Source: Sphaerodactylus townsendi (lineage: Eukaryota). From it: a stretch of 64,000 nucleotides of DNA. This document shows positions 23,592 through 36,204 of the stretch, one piece after another. Where the stretch lies: assembly GCF_021028975.2 (NCBI RefSeq), contig NC_059437.1, positions 38,006,001 through 38,070,000 on the forward strand, read 5' to 3'. The translations under genes were made by a program, and so were the position numbers. The first letter of the stretch is position 1, and each line of letters starts with the position of its first letter. Under the pieces are notes generated by a model. It was not told the DNA's origin, made no database searches, and worked only from the letters and a program-made list of their open reading frames with translations.

Positions 23592-26500
23592 CTGTGAAAA
23601 CAAAGGAAGGAAAGTCAGATTCGTCTATGCCAGGGGTAGGGAACCTGCGGCTCTCCAGATGTTCAGGAACTACAATTCCCATCAGCCTCTGTCAGCATGG
23701 CCAATTGGCCATGCTGGTAGGGGCTGATGGGAATTGTAGTTCCTGAATTTATCTGGAAACTCTGTCGAAGCTTCTCCTGATCTCTGCCTCACCACTCACA
23801 TTATAGGGGTCTGCAACCTGTGGCTCTCCAGATGTTCATGGACTACAATTCCCATAAGCCCCTGCCATGCTGGCCAACAAAGCAAAGCCTTCATCCTAGG
23901 TCTCTAGAAAATCCTCCAACATTTGGTGGAAGAAGAAGAAGAGTTTAGATTTATACCCCCCCTTTTCTCTCCTGTAAGGAGACTCAAGGTGGCTTACAAG
24001 CTCCTTTCCCTTCCTCTCCCCACAACAGACACCTTGTGAGTTAGGTGGGGCTGAGAGAGTTCCGAAGAACTGTGACTAGCCCAAGGTCACCCAGCAGGAA
24101 TGTAGGAGTGCAGAAACACATCAGGTTCACCAGATAAGCCTCTGTCACTCAGGTGGAGGAGTGGGGAATCAAACCCGGTTTTCCAGATTAGAATCCACCT
24201 GCTCTTAACCACTACATCATGCTGAAGAAGTATGTGTGGTGGAAGAGGGAAAAGAGGGGAGGCTGGCTGGAACACTAGTCACAGGAGTCCCCATTAAGCC
24301 CCACCAGATACCTCACCTGTATAGTAAACATTCTCGTCCCAGCCTCGTTTCCTCCAGGCTGCGTTCCTTGTTTCCTCTCGGGACTGCAGGTCTCTGTATG
24401 CTAAAAGGAGAAACAACAACCCCATCAGGGGAGTCCTTATCAGACTGGACAGGAAAGGAAGATGTCCTGTAGTTCATTCATAAAATGTAATACTACAATG
24501 GTTTTCAAAGAAGGTAACTTTAGACCAATTCACAGCCACCACAGTTGAACAGGATTTCCACATTCAGATACATTCATTACACATGTGTGAGAGACAAGCG
24601 GTTGGAGTTCTCTCAGTCTTGTCATTGTTGGAAATGGATGATGGATTAGTGGCAGAGGTCATGCTTTGCATGCAGGTTGCCTCAGCATCTCCAGGTAGCA
24701 GGCAGTGGGAAAGACCGGTCTCTGCCTCAGACACTGGAGAGCTTTGGTCCAGTTCAACAAGGCTGCTAATCAGGACCAGTTCAACAAGGCTGCTAATCAG
24801 CATCATTTCAGACAGTTTGGGCCTGTTTTTATCATCAGTAGATCCGAGAACTTTGCCTGGCTGCATTTCAGATTACATGACTGAACAGTCCCTGACATGG
24901 AGGATGAAACCTCCACGAGTTATCTGGGAGAAAGCTAAGAGGAAGCCTTCTCCCTGACATGCTAGATTTCTATGTGTGGTGTCCGCAATGCACATAAGTG
25001 TCTGTGTGCCCCCACCATGTAGAAAACATTCAGATATGACCCCCCAGCAATGGTATAGTCTAGAAAAATATTTCCACTCAGCTCTGATGATTGCAAAAGA
25101 GGCTCTTTAGTTTGACTTGGCAGGCACATTTATTTACTTGATTTCTTCTTCCCTGCCTTTTGGTCCAAAAGCTTTCCCTTGTAAGCTTACATAAAAAACC
25201 CCTTACACAGTTAAACTAAAGCTACTTCCATCTCCTCTGACACTTAGCTTTATTCTGAAGAATCACCTCACACGCCTCATCCATTCCCCCAAACCCTCCA
25301 ATTCTCATCTACACCATTCTGAGTCTTGCAACTCAACTGGTTTCTTGGATGCATGCCAATGTGGGGTGGGAGGAAGACAAGGGAAAGCAGCCAGGGAAGG
25401 AGTCAGGAGGTAGTAAAAGAGGCCTGTCTTTTGCAAAGGAAGAGAGCCTGTTTCAAGGTAATCACGTACCCCACAAGTGATGCACGACGTACAGCTGTCC
25501 TATTTGGGAAAAAAAGCCACCCACCGCTTCTTGGTTCTCCTGGCGGTGTTCAATGGCCCGCGCCCTGTTAACGCCAAGGAGGAAAGAATGAAGCAAACAC
25601 CTGTCTACATTTGGGTAATTTCTACAATGCTTAGTTTGAATGAGAGGTTTCTCCAAGAGCCGCCTGTGAAGCAGGGATTGCTATTGACATGCTACCCGCT
25701 AGACTTGTGGACTCCTGCTGGCACCATCCAGTTGCTTGACAGCTTTTCCTGACACCTGCGCCACATTTCAGCACGCAAGCAGGTGCCCCAGACAGCAGCC
25801 ATTTGGATGGCTCCGTCTGAACATCACCAATTGGCAGAAGTCTCAGTGAAAAGGGAAGGGGGAAGCAGGCTCTTCCCTTCCCAATGTTCAAATCCTGGAC
25901 TGAACTCTAGTTTAGGACCCTGGCGCTTTCCTGCTTTTCTCCTTGATTGGGGACCCAATGCGGTCGATAGGTGGGGGACAACTAACAATATATATGTTGA
26001 TCCAAGAACCAAGCTTGTTATTGGGCTCGCTCCTTTCTCCTCTGCATGCTGAAAATTGCAATTAAATACCAATTGCTGATGTCCATGAAGAAGAGCTTGG
26101 AAGAAGAGTTTGGATTTATATCCCCACCCTTCTTTCCTATAAGGAGACTCAAAGGTGCTTACAAACTCCTTTCCCTTCCCCTCCCAACAAACACCCTGTG
26201 AGGTGGGTGGGGCTAAGAGCTCTGAAGAGCTGTGACTAGCCCAAGGTCACCTATATACATTCTAACCCTCCCAATAAAAGAAGTGAATTATACAGATGAA
26301 TGTCCCTAATAAATCTTGGACTCATAAAGTTACTGCATCTCTTGGGAAAAGTCTCTCTGTTTCTTTCCTCTCCAAAGTGCACACATTCATTTCTTTTCTG
26401 TTAGGTTATCTGGACACAGCAGACACAGCAAAGTACTGAGATGGTGGTTCAAGGGATCTTTCATATAGAGGTTTTGCTGACGTTTGGGTGCCCAGTGGCA

Positions 26501-29500
26501 GTGATTCTTTCTCATAACCTGGTTGTCCATTTGTGGTCTTTTCTTCACTGTTCCTCTGCGCTTTCTCAAAATTGGATCAACTATGGTTTGAGGAAGCACA
26601 GAGAAATTACAAGGAAATACGGAGACCATAAATGGGGAATGGGGACGATGGGAAGCAATGCTTCAGGTCAGTACGCAAACTGTAATAAAACCTCCATGCG
26701 AAAGACCCCGAATTATCAATCACAAGCAGCCTGCCTTGTTGCAACCCCCCCAGCACTATACAAATGGATAAAACAAGATGTGGGAAATCGCTGCTTATGT
26801 AGACAGATGCAGTTCACTGAAATGAGGAAAAGTGTGAGTTTGTAGAGGAGATGAGCTCCAGGGGAATTTCAAAGTGGAGGAAAACTTAAGGCATAAATCA
26901 CTGTATTGTTGCAAGTGTAGAACAGCCCATAGTTCCATCACAGACCACCAAGTGATCCATCCATCAGCTTCCCCTTAAGCGCATCTTCCAGGTAAAGGTG
27001 CTTTTAAAAAGGTACTTGAAAAATGTGGTGCTTACCAGTTGTTTCCCCACTCAATCATGGTTCCTGGCTGAAAGCAAGAAGAGAGAGCTACAGCTGTGAT
27101 CTAGCTTGTATCTGGCGTTTCCTTCCTGGAGTTACAGCAAACTCAGCAATACCTCAGGTACAGATTTGGGAACTGGTCATTAAGGAATGCTTTCCCCACA
27201 TGAACCCACCCAATACCCAAATCTAAACTGCATTTGCAAAAACCATCCTGGGCTTCCAGGCCTCCTCGTTCTGAAATAACTGTGCAGGCATCACCCCCAA
27301 ACTCTACAGGCCCATTCTGGAATCAGATTGGAACCTGAATCTGCTCCCTGCCTCTCCACCCACCAGCCCAAAGAGGCTACTGCTGTGGAATGGAAGCCCC
27401 CGCTTGCTATCCCCAGAGGCAGGTACTTCAAGTACCCCTTGCTCCTTCGTCTTTGGGATGGATAAGAAGAAGAAGAGTTTAGATTTATACCCCCCTTTCT
27501 GTTCTGTAGGAGACTCAAAGGGGCTTACAATCTCCTTTCCCCTCCCCCCACAACAAACACCCTGTGAGGTGGGTGGGGTTGAGAGAGCTCCGAAGAGCTG
27601 TGACTAGTCCAACGTCACCCAGCTGGCATGTGTTGGAGTGCACAAGCTAATCTAGTTCCCCAGATAAGCCTCCACAGCTCAAGTGGCAGAGCGGGGAATC
27701 AAACCCGCTTCTCCAGATTAGAGTGCACCTGCTCTTAAGCACTACGCCATCATCACCTCCTGCACTGAAGCCACTTGGCCGGCTGCCTCCACTCACCTTA
27801 AGGTTGTATGTCCTCAGCTCATAGATGTTGGGTCCAGCCCGTGGCAAAGGCTCATTCCAAAAGCTGAATTCCAGGAGCAGTTGGTTCCTCCGGGAGAGCA
27901 GCATCTTACTCCTCTCCTTTTGGAAATCCCGGTATGCCTAGGGAAGGGAAGGGAAGAAGGGCTCAGTGGGGCAGGCAGCTGTGGGCTGACTGTGCAAGCC
28001 CTGGACTTCTGCACCCTTGTAGCACACCAACAACTCTATTTGATCCAGTACTATCTACTGTGGAAGGCAGAAGCAACCCAGAATCAGGAGGGCAGAGGAA
28101 ATGGGATAGAAGAGAATGGAGGATTCCCAGACTTGGTGAATGTGGTTTAATTCTGCTCAGGCAAACTGAAGAGTTTTGCCTAAGGCAATGGTGGCGAACC
28201 TATGGCACTCCAAATGTTCATGGACTGCAATTCCCATCAGCCCCTGCCAGCATGGCCAATTGGTATGCTGGCAGGGGTTGATGGGAATTGTAGTCTATGA
28301 ACATCTGGAGTGCCATAGGTTTGCCACCACGGGCCTAAGGCATCTTGGGTACTAGTGGTACAAATGCCACATTGGCTGCAGCCACTGGAACATCCTGGCT
28401 CTTGCCACAGAGTGCAGTTGGCTGCCTTGTCACCCTCAGCGTTTTAGGAAAAAGAAAGTCATGCTAAATACCTGGTTCTGTCGCAGCTTGTTCATGCACT
28501 CTGTGAGGGCTGGGTAGCCACCGCTGAATCGCCAGAGGTGCACTGCAGTGAGAAAAGACAAGCCTCGTATTCTTGCAAAGCCAGACAAAGTCCCGGCTAA
28601 GCTCCCAGCCTGAGTGCCAACTCCAAGCCACATTCCCTTAAAATGTCACCAAGGAGCAGCCCAAGATGTTTGGTGATGCCCCAGGCAGGAAAGCGAAGTG
28701 CCATGCTCCCCAGCTGGTCAAAACATAAAACAATATAAATAGCTGATCTTCAAGATGGGCTATGTGAGGCAGGTGACCTCGTCCTGCTAAATGGCAAGGC
28801 TGGCCTTGATGCTACCTTTCTGGTCCCAGAGGATATCCAGGTCATTGAACACTGCGAGTACACAAGTCGCTAGCAATTCACCCACAATTCAGAACTGCCT
28901 CCACTCTTCACCATTTCCTTCTTTTTGGCAAAAAATATATAGAAAAACTGAAAGGCTATGCAGCTAACTAAATCCTAAGCTCTTGAATACAAAAAGTATA
29001 CTGCCTCTGTACGGAGAGGTTCTGCTTAGTTATTGAAATTAAACAATTCTTGAAACTTTTTAAAAAGCTGTATACAATTCCTGAAACTTTTTTTAAAGTA
29101 CTCCCAGCCCTCATGGATTAGGTAATGAGTGTCCTGCCAAAGTAAAGTCTGAAGCACCCAAACCCCACCCTGCCTGGTTGGCCCCTCACCTCACCTGCCT
29201 GGTCCTGTTCACCGTACCAAGTATTCCAGTTCCCAACCAGGTCGCAAGGGTAACCAGGATCCAAGTGCAGCTTTGGAAGGACCTGCTCCCTGCAAAGGAG
29301 ATATGGAATCAACAGGCAAATGTGGACTTAGCTGGTTGTCAATGTACATGTGTAGCAGGCCTGATGATGGGGGGTAGGGGTGTACTGCCCAGGGGGACAA
29401 ATGGGATCAAATGTCCCCGGGCTGCGGCCATTTAGTCATGGGGTGGTGGTAGAAAATCCCCCCCCCCCCCGAGCATTCTTTCTCCTTTCCCCCAGGTCCA

Positions 29501-29920
29501 TACACTGACTTCAAGACCTGGTGCAAAAAAAGTTGTTTGATTGGGGTGGGGGAGGGTGGCCGCCCAAAATGGGGGGGGGGGGGAATTCAGATTTGTACCG
29601 AGCTACATTTTTCCTAGATATGCCTCTGACGTGTGTGTGTGTGTGTGTGCCATTGGGGATCCCCATTAGGATCCTTCCCAAGATTATGATATGCCCTTCT
29701 CCTCCCATAATTTGATAACAAGAGAAGCAGTCCATTTTGCATAACTGGAAGAGCCCGCATGAACATCAGAAGAGGGATATAATTTTATCCAGGCTGAAAT
29801 ACACTCTGGGTTACTTTCCTCAGGATAAGGAACAGCAGCTATGTATTTATTTTGTTCTGTTGAATTTATACCCCGCTCCCCCGTGATCAAAGTGGGGCTC
29901 AGAGTGGCAAACAGATAAAT

Positions 29921-29963
<43 letters not shown>

Positions 29964-32900
29964 TTCATTCATTCATTCATTCATTCATTCATTCATTTTG
30001 TATACCGCCCTCCCCCAAAGGGCTCAGGGCAGTGTCCAACATGAATGATAAAAATTTAAAAACAGCTAACAATCATCAATCAATAAATAAGAACCATAAA
30101 ACATTATAGATGGCTTTAAAACTCCCACTCCCATTTGTATAAAACTCTCATTTGTATAAAAATACAAATGCAAAAGATAAAACGGTGCAACAATCAACCT
30201 TAGTGAATCTTAATCTAATACAGATGGCAACGAAAGTTCCAAACCTAAAAACACTCTCCATCCCCTGTGGTATTCAGTTTCCCAAAGTGGGGAGGGACAA
30301 CGTGGGGAGAGGGCCAATACACAAGATGGAAAGCCTGTGTGATGTTCCGGATGGTATCATAGCACCGGGTGCGGGAGGCCAGCTAAATCAAATGGACTGT
30401 TAACTCACAGAATGGCCTTAAACAAAGGCCTATCTCTGTCTTACTGAATCTGAATATGCTCCCTGCATCTTATATAATGGTAAGAGTTGCCCTGCTGGAT
30501 CAGACCAAAGGTCCATCTAGTGACTAGTCCAGCATCACGTTTCACAGAAAGGCCAACCAACTGTCCTGGAGGGCCAACTAGCAGAATGCAGAGACCAAGA
30601 CAGAGTGAAAGTGGACTGAAAATGCAATATTCTGCATGTGCGGAAGGGGCCTCTGTGTTGTCATCCTCTACAGGATGTCGGTGACAGAAGACAAAAGATG
30701 GCCTACTCTCCATTGACATTTTTCCCCCACAAAGGATGAGCTCAGTCACCTTCCAGAGAACGATGCCAGCTGGTGCAGGGAGATACTTGGGCCCTACAAC
30801 CTCTACCCTTTATGACCTGACAGCATGATGCACCCTTCAAATAATTCAGTGCATGGATGGTGGGTGGTGTTGAAAGCACTTACGCCAGGCTGTTGTAGTC
30901 ATCCAGACATTCAGGTTTCACATTGTGGACTGAAAGGAGAGAAAAAGAAGCTATATGAGAAAAGTTGAGATCACCCCCAGTCTGCAGGGGACAGAAACAG
31001 TGTGAAGTGGCTTTGCTTGGACTGAAAAGTAACCTCAAGCCAGTCTAACAGCTCCCCTCAACAGCACAGCTGGGGAACAGCAGCTGAGGAATGGCAATGG
31101 TGCTGCACCAGTAATTTTCTATGCTGTGCCAGCCCAACAGAATCAAAATCCAGATTCCGGAACCTGAGTTCCAAGGGAGAAAAAATACACAAATTAAGAG
31201 AGTGATGCAATTTGTGCACTCAGCACACAGTTGCTCTTCACCACATTTGAATTACTAGGCTATGAAAGCTTATTATCTGACTGCGATCAAATACTGCCAA
31301 ATATTCAGTGAAACCACAGATGCTACTTTGTAGGAGGCAGCTTAGTTTTTTATTCCATTACAACAACCTTTGTTAGCAAAGGCACAGGTAGGAAGGAAAC
31401 AGGTCTAGGTAGGAAGTTGACGTAGCATCCTAGCTCCTACCAGGGGATTGCTGTAACAGCTCATAGAAACCTGAGCACTGATCAATACATTCACTGAGTT
31501 AGAAATTTAGTTTCTTCATAGTTGATTACTGTGAAACAATCGCACTTACTGATGACAGAAGTTGCTGAAATTAATGCTTTTAAAATAGTTGATCTATATT
31601 TGACCAGTCAATTGACCAAGCCTTTCTCCAACATCCAATCCTAGTAGGGACCATTCACCATTTACTAGTTCCACCTGCTCTCCCAAGATGGGACCAGGCC
31701 CCACTGCAGAAGACAAGGAATTCCCATCCCCTTGCAGCAGCTACAGTCCTTGTGTTCTCCCCAGATGCTCCTTGCGGATCCCTCCTCCAAAGCAACAAAG
31801 TCATTCACATTAACCCCAGAGAGGCAGGGAAGTATATAAAGGACTTGCTGTGGAAACTTACACTGGATCTTGTACAGGTGATTGGTTTCTTTCTTGGACA
31901 GAAGGGTAGAATGAGCATCTTTCCGGGGATCCACCTTGTGGACAAAGAGGGAGCGGAACCAGCTACTTTCATTGTCTTTGGAGTAGTTCCTGGAAAAAAG
32001 GACACAGGTCAAAATGGTGGCACCCAAGAGGACTAGGCATGGGAAGATGAAGGGAGAGCCTAGTTTTTTTACATGGATTTCCAGATCACGGGGGCACCGC
32101 GCCCTTCACCCCAGTGGTGTGGAAGGGATAACTATAAGTATCTCTGTGTATGACTTTTGTAAGCCTTATTTGACCTAGTCCAATGGTCTTCAAACTTTCT
32201 ACCTGCAGGAACACCCTTCTTGGACAAACCTGCCTCATTTTTAAAGAACGAACAGTACTTTGAAACTTTATTTTTAAAAAGGAGTGAGCAAAATTAAAAA
32301 CAAATAGCCTTGCCATGGCTTAAAAATAGGAGTGTACAGATAGTCTGGAAGAGCATTGGATATCAACCTTGGCTATCACCATAGATCCAATACTCTGCCA
32401 AACCATGATGTTCCTCTGTTTGAAGACAAAGATTTAAAACAGAGACACACTTTCTGTGGATCAAGACCTTTGCCCCAATTCTAGTCATTCATTAACCTCA
32501 GAAACCTATGGTAAACAACCATTTCCAGAGGTATCAATGTTAATGTGGCCTGTATGTTTATTGCTCCTTGTGGGGCATCCAGCCAAGCGCTGCTTATCAT
32601 GCCTCTGCATGAATCACTGTTCTGCACTGGTTTCCTGTCCATAGCTCCTGTGTGGAAGAACATCATACAAGTCATACAAAATACAACGGTGCGGGCATTT
32701 CTGAAAGCAGAATTCTTTAAAAGGTTAAAGTAAAGCTCTTCAGGAGTGATACATGCCCCCAGTTTGAACTCAGGCAGAGAAAGATGTCAACTCTGTCTGA
32801 AGTCCATTTCCTACATGCTCCATGCGATACGTAGGCCTGAGTCTTTCCCCTCCTCCCCTAATTTCTAAATTTATTTTAATGCCCCAGCAGGTTCAGCTGC

Positions 32901-34095
32901 AGAACAGGATACACAGATCTGGCAAAAACAGACCATAACTCTGGCCCCTTCCACACATGCAGAATAATGCACTTTCATTCCACCTTCAGTGCACTTTGCA
33001 GCCAGATTTTATTGTCCATTATAGCAAAATCCACTTGCAAACAATTGTGAAAGTGAATTGAAAGTGTATTATTCTGCATGGCGGAAGACGTCACAGTCTC
33101 CCTTCTTTGCCCCCTGCACTGAGCATAAATGATTGGTTTTGGTCAAGGTTGTCAGTGATAGGGTGTTTGTGTGACGGAATATAGGTTGGCTAAGGGTCTT
33201 TGACCCCTTTCCGGGCAGTATGGGCGTGTTCTAGTAGCATTTTCTCCTGACGTTTTGCCTGCATCTGTGGTTGGCATCTTCAGCTGGCTACAGATGCAGG
33301 CGAAACGTCAAGAGAAAATGCTACTAGAACACGGCCATACTGTCTGGAAACCACACAACACCCCAGAGATTCTGGCCATGAAAGCCTTCGACAACATATC
33401 TGCAGCTGGTTGGGGCTGGCACCTGCAACACAAGGACCTCCTGACATTTCTCAAGGGGCGCTACGACGTTTAGCAAGTGTGTAAACCAGGGATCTGATAT
33501 ATAGTGAAGCCTTGGGAAGTGTGAGAAAGTGCCAGCCTCCTTCCCCCAAGAAAAACAAATACACACAAAAGGCAGGGAGGCGCAAGACACACAATACTTG
33601 TGCATGGGCAGAGCAGGAGTCTCTGGGGCGCCCGACAGAGACGATTGTCCGGCCTCAGCCTTGAGTACAGGAACCAGCAGTGGGGAAGGAAGACCTGCGG
33701 CCTCCGCAACTTTGCCTCCGAGTTAAAAAAAGTCCCTGGCTCATAACCCGCCTCCGCCGCGCGCCACTTGTTTGAGCCCCGGCACCTCCCTGCGTGTTTG
33801 CAAAGTAGGGATGCCTTTGCAAAGAGACCCCCCCCCCCTCCCCAGGCGCAGCAGCGGCCGGGCGAGTGGTGTTGCTGGCCGTTAAGGGGGAAGGACGCGC
33901 AGCCCAGCAGGATCAGGGGCCTCCCCGAGGCAGGGTGAGCCTCAGAGCCGAGAGGGAGAAGGGCCCAGGGGGGAAGCGCCGGCTCCGTTCGGGTTGCCCC
34001 TCCTGCCGAGCCCCCACTGCTCACCGGGCGTGCAGTCCTCCGCCCCGCACCAGCAGCAAACACCGTGCCGGGATCCTGCACACCCGCGTCGCCAT
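23527..34095 (-). CDS. NIPSNAP1: Protein NipSnap homolog 1, complete, 10 exons, 275 aa
   Basis: Exons 34025-34095, 31862-31989, 30884-30929, 29195-29289, 28472-28542, 27797-27937, 27036-27067, 25470-25564, 24317-24400, 23527-23591 (828 nt). Translation includes [26 protein letters not shown]...[26 protein letters not shown]...[14 protein letters not shown]...[10 protein letters not shown]. Confidence 0.97.
23929..24223 (-). mobile_element. tRNA-derived SINE
   Basis: Same family. Confidence 0.85.
24317..24400 (-). CDS. NIPSNAP1: NIPSNAP1 exon 9
   Basis: 84 nt, [27 protein letters not shown]. Confidence 0.95.
25470..25564 (-). CDS. NIPSNAP1: NIPSNAP1 exon 8
   Basis: 95 nt, [31 protein letters not shown]. 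Confidence 0.95.
26087..26251 (-). mobile_element. 5'-truncated tRNA-derived SINE
   Basis: 3' half only. Confidence 0.8.
27036..27067 (-). CDS. NIPSNAP1: NIPSNAP1 exon 7
   Basis: 32 nt, [10 protein letters not shown](W). Confidence 0.93.
27465..27750 (-). mobile_element. tRNA-derived SINE
   Basis: Same family. Confidence 0.85.
27797..27937 (-). CDS. NIPSNAP1: NIPSNAP1 exon 6
   Basis: 141 nt, [27 protein letters not shown]...YNLK. Confidence 0.95.
28186..28332. mobile_element. Palindromic hAT MITE variant
   Basis: TIR (c)aatggtggcgaacc, TSD gcctaagg. Confidence 0.85.
28472..28542 (-). CDS. NIPSNAP1: NIPSNAP1 exon 5
   Basis: 71 nt, [23 protein letters not shown]. Confidence 0.95.
29195..29289 (-). 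CDS. NIPSNAP1: NIPSNAP1 exon 4
   Basis: 95 nt, [31 protein letters not shown]. Confidence 0.95.
29918..29997. repeat. (TTTA)n(TTCA)n microsatellite, probably a LINE tail
   Basis: Directly visible. Confidence 0.9.
30884..30929 (-). CDS. NIPSNAP1: NIPSNAP1 exon 3
   Basis: 46 nt, [14 protein letters not shown]. Confidence 0.93.
31862..31989 (-). CDS. NIPSNAP1: NIPSNAP1 exon 2
   Basis: 128 nt, [21 protein letters not shown]...YKIQ. Confidence 0.95.
33215..33397. mobile_element. Rearranged Penelope-like inverted fragment
   Basis: Inverted partial arms ending gaaagccttcgacaaca. Confidence 0.65.
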
Positions 34096-34330
34096 TTCCA
34101 CTCTGCAGCCACCCGGGAGCCAGGGCGGACCAGCCACGGAACTGGGCGGCTCTCCGGCACCACCGAGTATAGTTAACTCCGCCCCACGTGGAAGTAACAT
34201 TTCCTCGCAGAGCTACATCCGAGCGCGGTTTTTAAGTTTTCTACTAAGCCTCGGGGTAGATCTGGCCGTGCTTCCTCTGCAACAAGACACCCGCATACTC
34301 TTTGGAGTTTAGACAGTGCGCGCACCAGTG
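33620..34330 (-). promoter_or_regulatory. NIPSNAP1: NIPSNAP1 CpG island promoter
   Basis: GC/CpG-rich stretch around exon 1; GC box CCGCCC and E-box CACGTG at ~34179-34190. Confidence 0.8.
34025..34095 (-). CDS. NIPSNAP1: NIPSNAP1 exon 1 ([23 protein letters not shown], mitochondrial presequence-like)
   Basis: ATG in CpG island, 71 nt, CG|gtgagc donor, phase matches exon 2. Confidence 0.85.
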
Positions 34331-34451
34331 GCCCCTTAACATGCATGTATGATGGACTCATCCGACTGGATGTATGAAGCCCCATAGGGTTTGCTCTTCT
34401 TCCTTAACGTAGCCTATGCCATTTTAGTATTTGTGTTTTTGTTTGGAACTT

Positions 34452-35013
34452 GAAGAAGCAGAAGAGGAGGAAGAAGAGGAAGAGGAGGAGATTGGATTTA
34501 TATCCCACCTTTCTCTCCTGTCAGGAGACTCAAGGTGGTTTACAAGCGCCTTTCCCTTCCTCTCCCCACAACAGACTCCTTGGGTGGAGCTGAGAGAGTT
34601 TTGAAGAACTGTGACTAGTCCAAGGTCACTCAGCAGGAATGCAGAAACATATCTGGTTCACCAGATGAGCCTCCGCCACTCAGATGGAGGAGTGGGGAAT
34701 CAAACCCGGGGCCTTTCCCCACTTCCCTTAAGCCCCGCGCTACTCGAGGAGAGTAGCGCGGGGTCCCTCAGCACTCCCCACTGAGAGGGGCGGCGACAGC
34801 GCAGCCGCCCCTCAGTGCGCAGAATCCCAGGCGCTCTTCTCAACGGCGCCTTTTGATGGCCCCGCGCAGAGCACGGGGTCGTGGGGACGGCCGGGCGCGC
34901 GCCTGGGATGCTGCGCGCTGAGAGCAGCGCGCAGCATAGAGGGGAAGGACGAAAGTGGGGAAAGGACTCCGGTTGTCCAGATTAGAATCCACCTTAACCA
35001 CTACACCACACTG
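34452..35013 (-). mobile_element. tRNA-derived SINE interrupted by a GC-rich TIR element
   Basis: SINE halves 34452-34708 and 34969-35013. Confidence 0.8.
34709..34968. mobile_element. GC/CpG-rich Harbinger-like MITE nested in a SINE
   Basis: TIR gggcctttccccactt / aagtggggaaaggact, 3-bp TSD ccg. Confidence 0.7.
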
Positions 35014-35540
35014 GTTCAGCAACTTCAACCTGTCCAAAATGCAGTGGCCAGACTCCTGTCAAGGTTTGGTTACAGGGATCAGATCACCCCTGTGCTGAAA
35101 GATCTGCACTGACTACCCCTCTTCAAAGTGCTGGTTCTAAGCCTTAAGGCCCTAAATGACTTGGGGGCAGGATACCTGAAGAATCACCTACTATACACCC
35201 CACTAATTAAGACCTTCCTCTCTAGTTATGTCCCCATCTTTAGAAATGAGGCAGATGGTGACCAGAGACAGCACATTTTCTGTGGTGATACCTCCCTTTT
35301 AGAATGCCCTTTCCCTTGAGGCTCACCTGGCACCTACTTTGTGTTCTTTTAGGTGCCAGCCTAAAACACTTCTTTTTACTGAGGCATTTAATCAGGGACT
35401 TTAGCAGCAGATTTTTAACAGTCTGCTGTGTTTAATGGACAGTTTTTTTGCTGCATATATCTGATGGCTTGTTTTTTAATTGTAAGCTGCCCCAAGCATG
35501 ACCCTGAAGAGCTGGCACAAAAATATGCTACATAAATAAA
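35014..35540 (+). mobile_element. L2 LINE 3' fragment, degenerate
   Basis: LQPVQNAVARLL..ITPVLKDLH*LP..FKVLVLSLKALNDLGAGYLK resembles an L2 ORF2 C-terminus; taaataaa tail. Confidence 0.75.
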
Positions 35541-35690
35541 ATTATTTGGGTGGAACTGGGAAAGACTGGTCATACAAACTGTGTAGAGACAAAGTCATGG
35601 GAAATCAGCAGGGAGAACTACTATGTTTAATTATCTCACATTTCATGCCATAGGGTCTAAGGCAGGGGAAAATGGATAGTTACTTTAGAG

Positions 35691-35838
35691 CAGGGGTAGG
35701 GAACCTGCAGCTCTCCAGATGTTCAGGAACTACAATTCCCATCAGCCTCTGTCAGCATGGCCAATTGGCCATGCTGACAGAGGCTGATGGGAATTGTAGT
35801 TCCTGAACATCTGGAGAGCCGCAGGTTCCCTACCCCTG
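35691..35838. mobile_element. 148-bp palindromic hAT MITE
   Basis: Same family, TSD ctttagag; half copies at ~23631-23746, ~23806-23875, ~51771-51840. Confidence 0.9.
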
Positions 35839-35949
35839 CTTTAGAGTATTTGGAATTCTGCTGCCCCAGTCAGTGTTCTGTATTTCCCGTAGCTTTAAAC
35901 TAGTCCTGATTATATACATTTCACTTAGGCCCAGTTTAAATAACTGGGA

Positions 35950-36204
35950 CCCGGAAAAATAAGACATCCCCTGAAAATAAGACAGTGTCCTATATTAATT
36001 TTTGTTCCCAAAGATGCGCTATGTCTTATTTTCAGGGGATGTCTTATTTTTCCGCTCCACAGCTACATGCTCTGGTCGATGGGCATGCTTCCAAACAAAA
36101 ACTTTGCTACGTCTTACTTTCGGGGGATGCTTTATATTTAGCACTTCAGCAAAACCTCTACTACGTCTTATTTTCAAGGGATGTCTTATTTTCGGGGAAA
36201 CGGG
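35950..36204. mobile_element. Tc1/mariner-superfamily MITE (related family)
   Basis: aaaataagac subrepeats, ttttcggggaaacggg|ta end. Confidence 0.65.

Noticed and set aside
33470-34312. 203-aa and 148-aa ORFs
   Set aside because: Stop-poor frames of the GC-rich NIPSNAP1 CpG island; the real coding part is 34025-34095.
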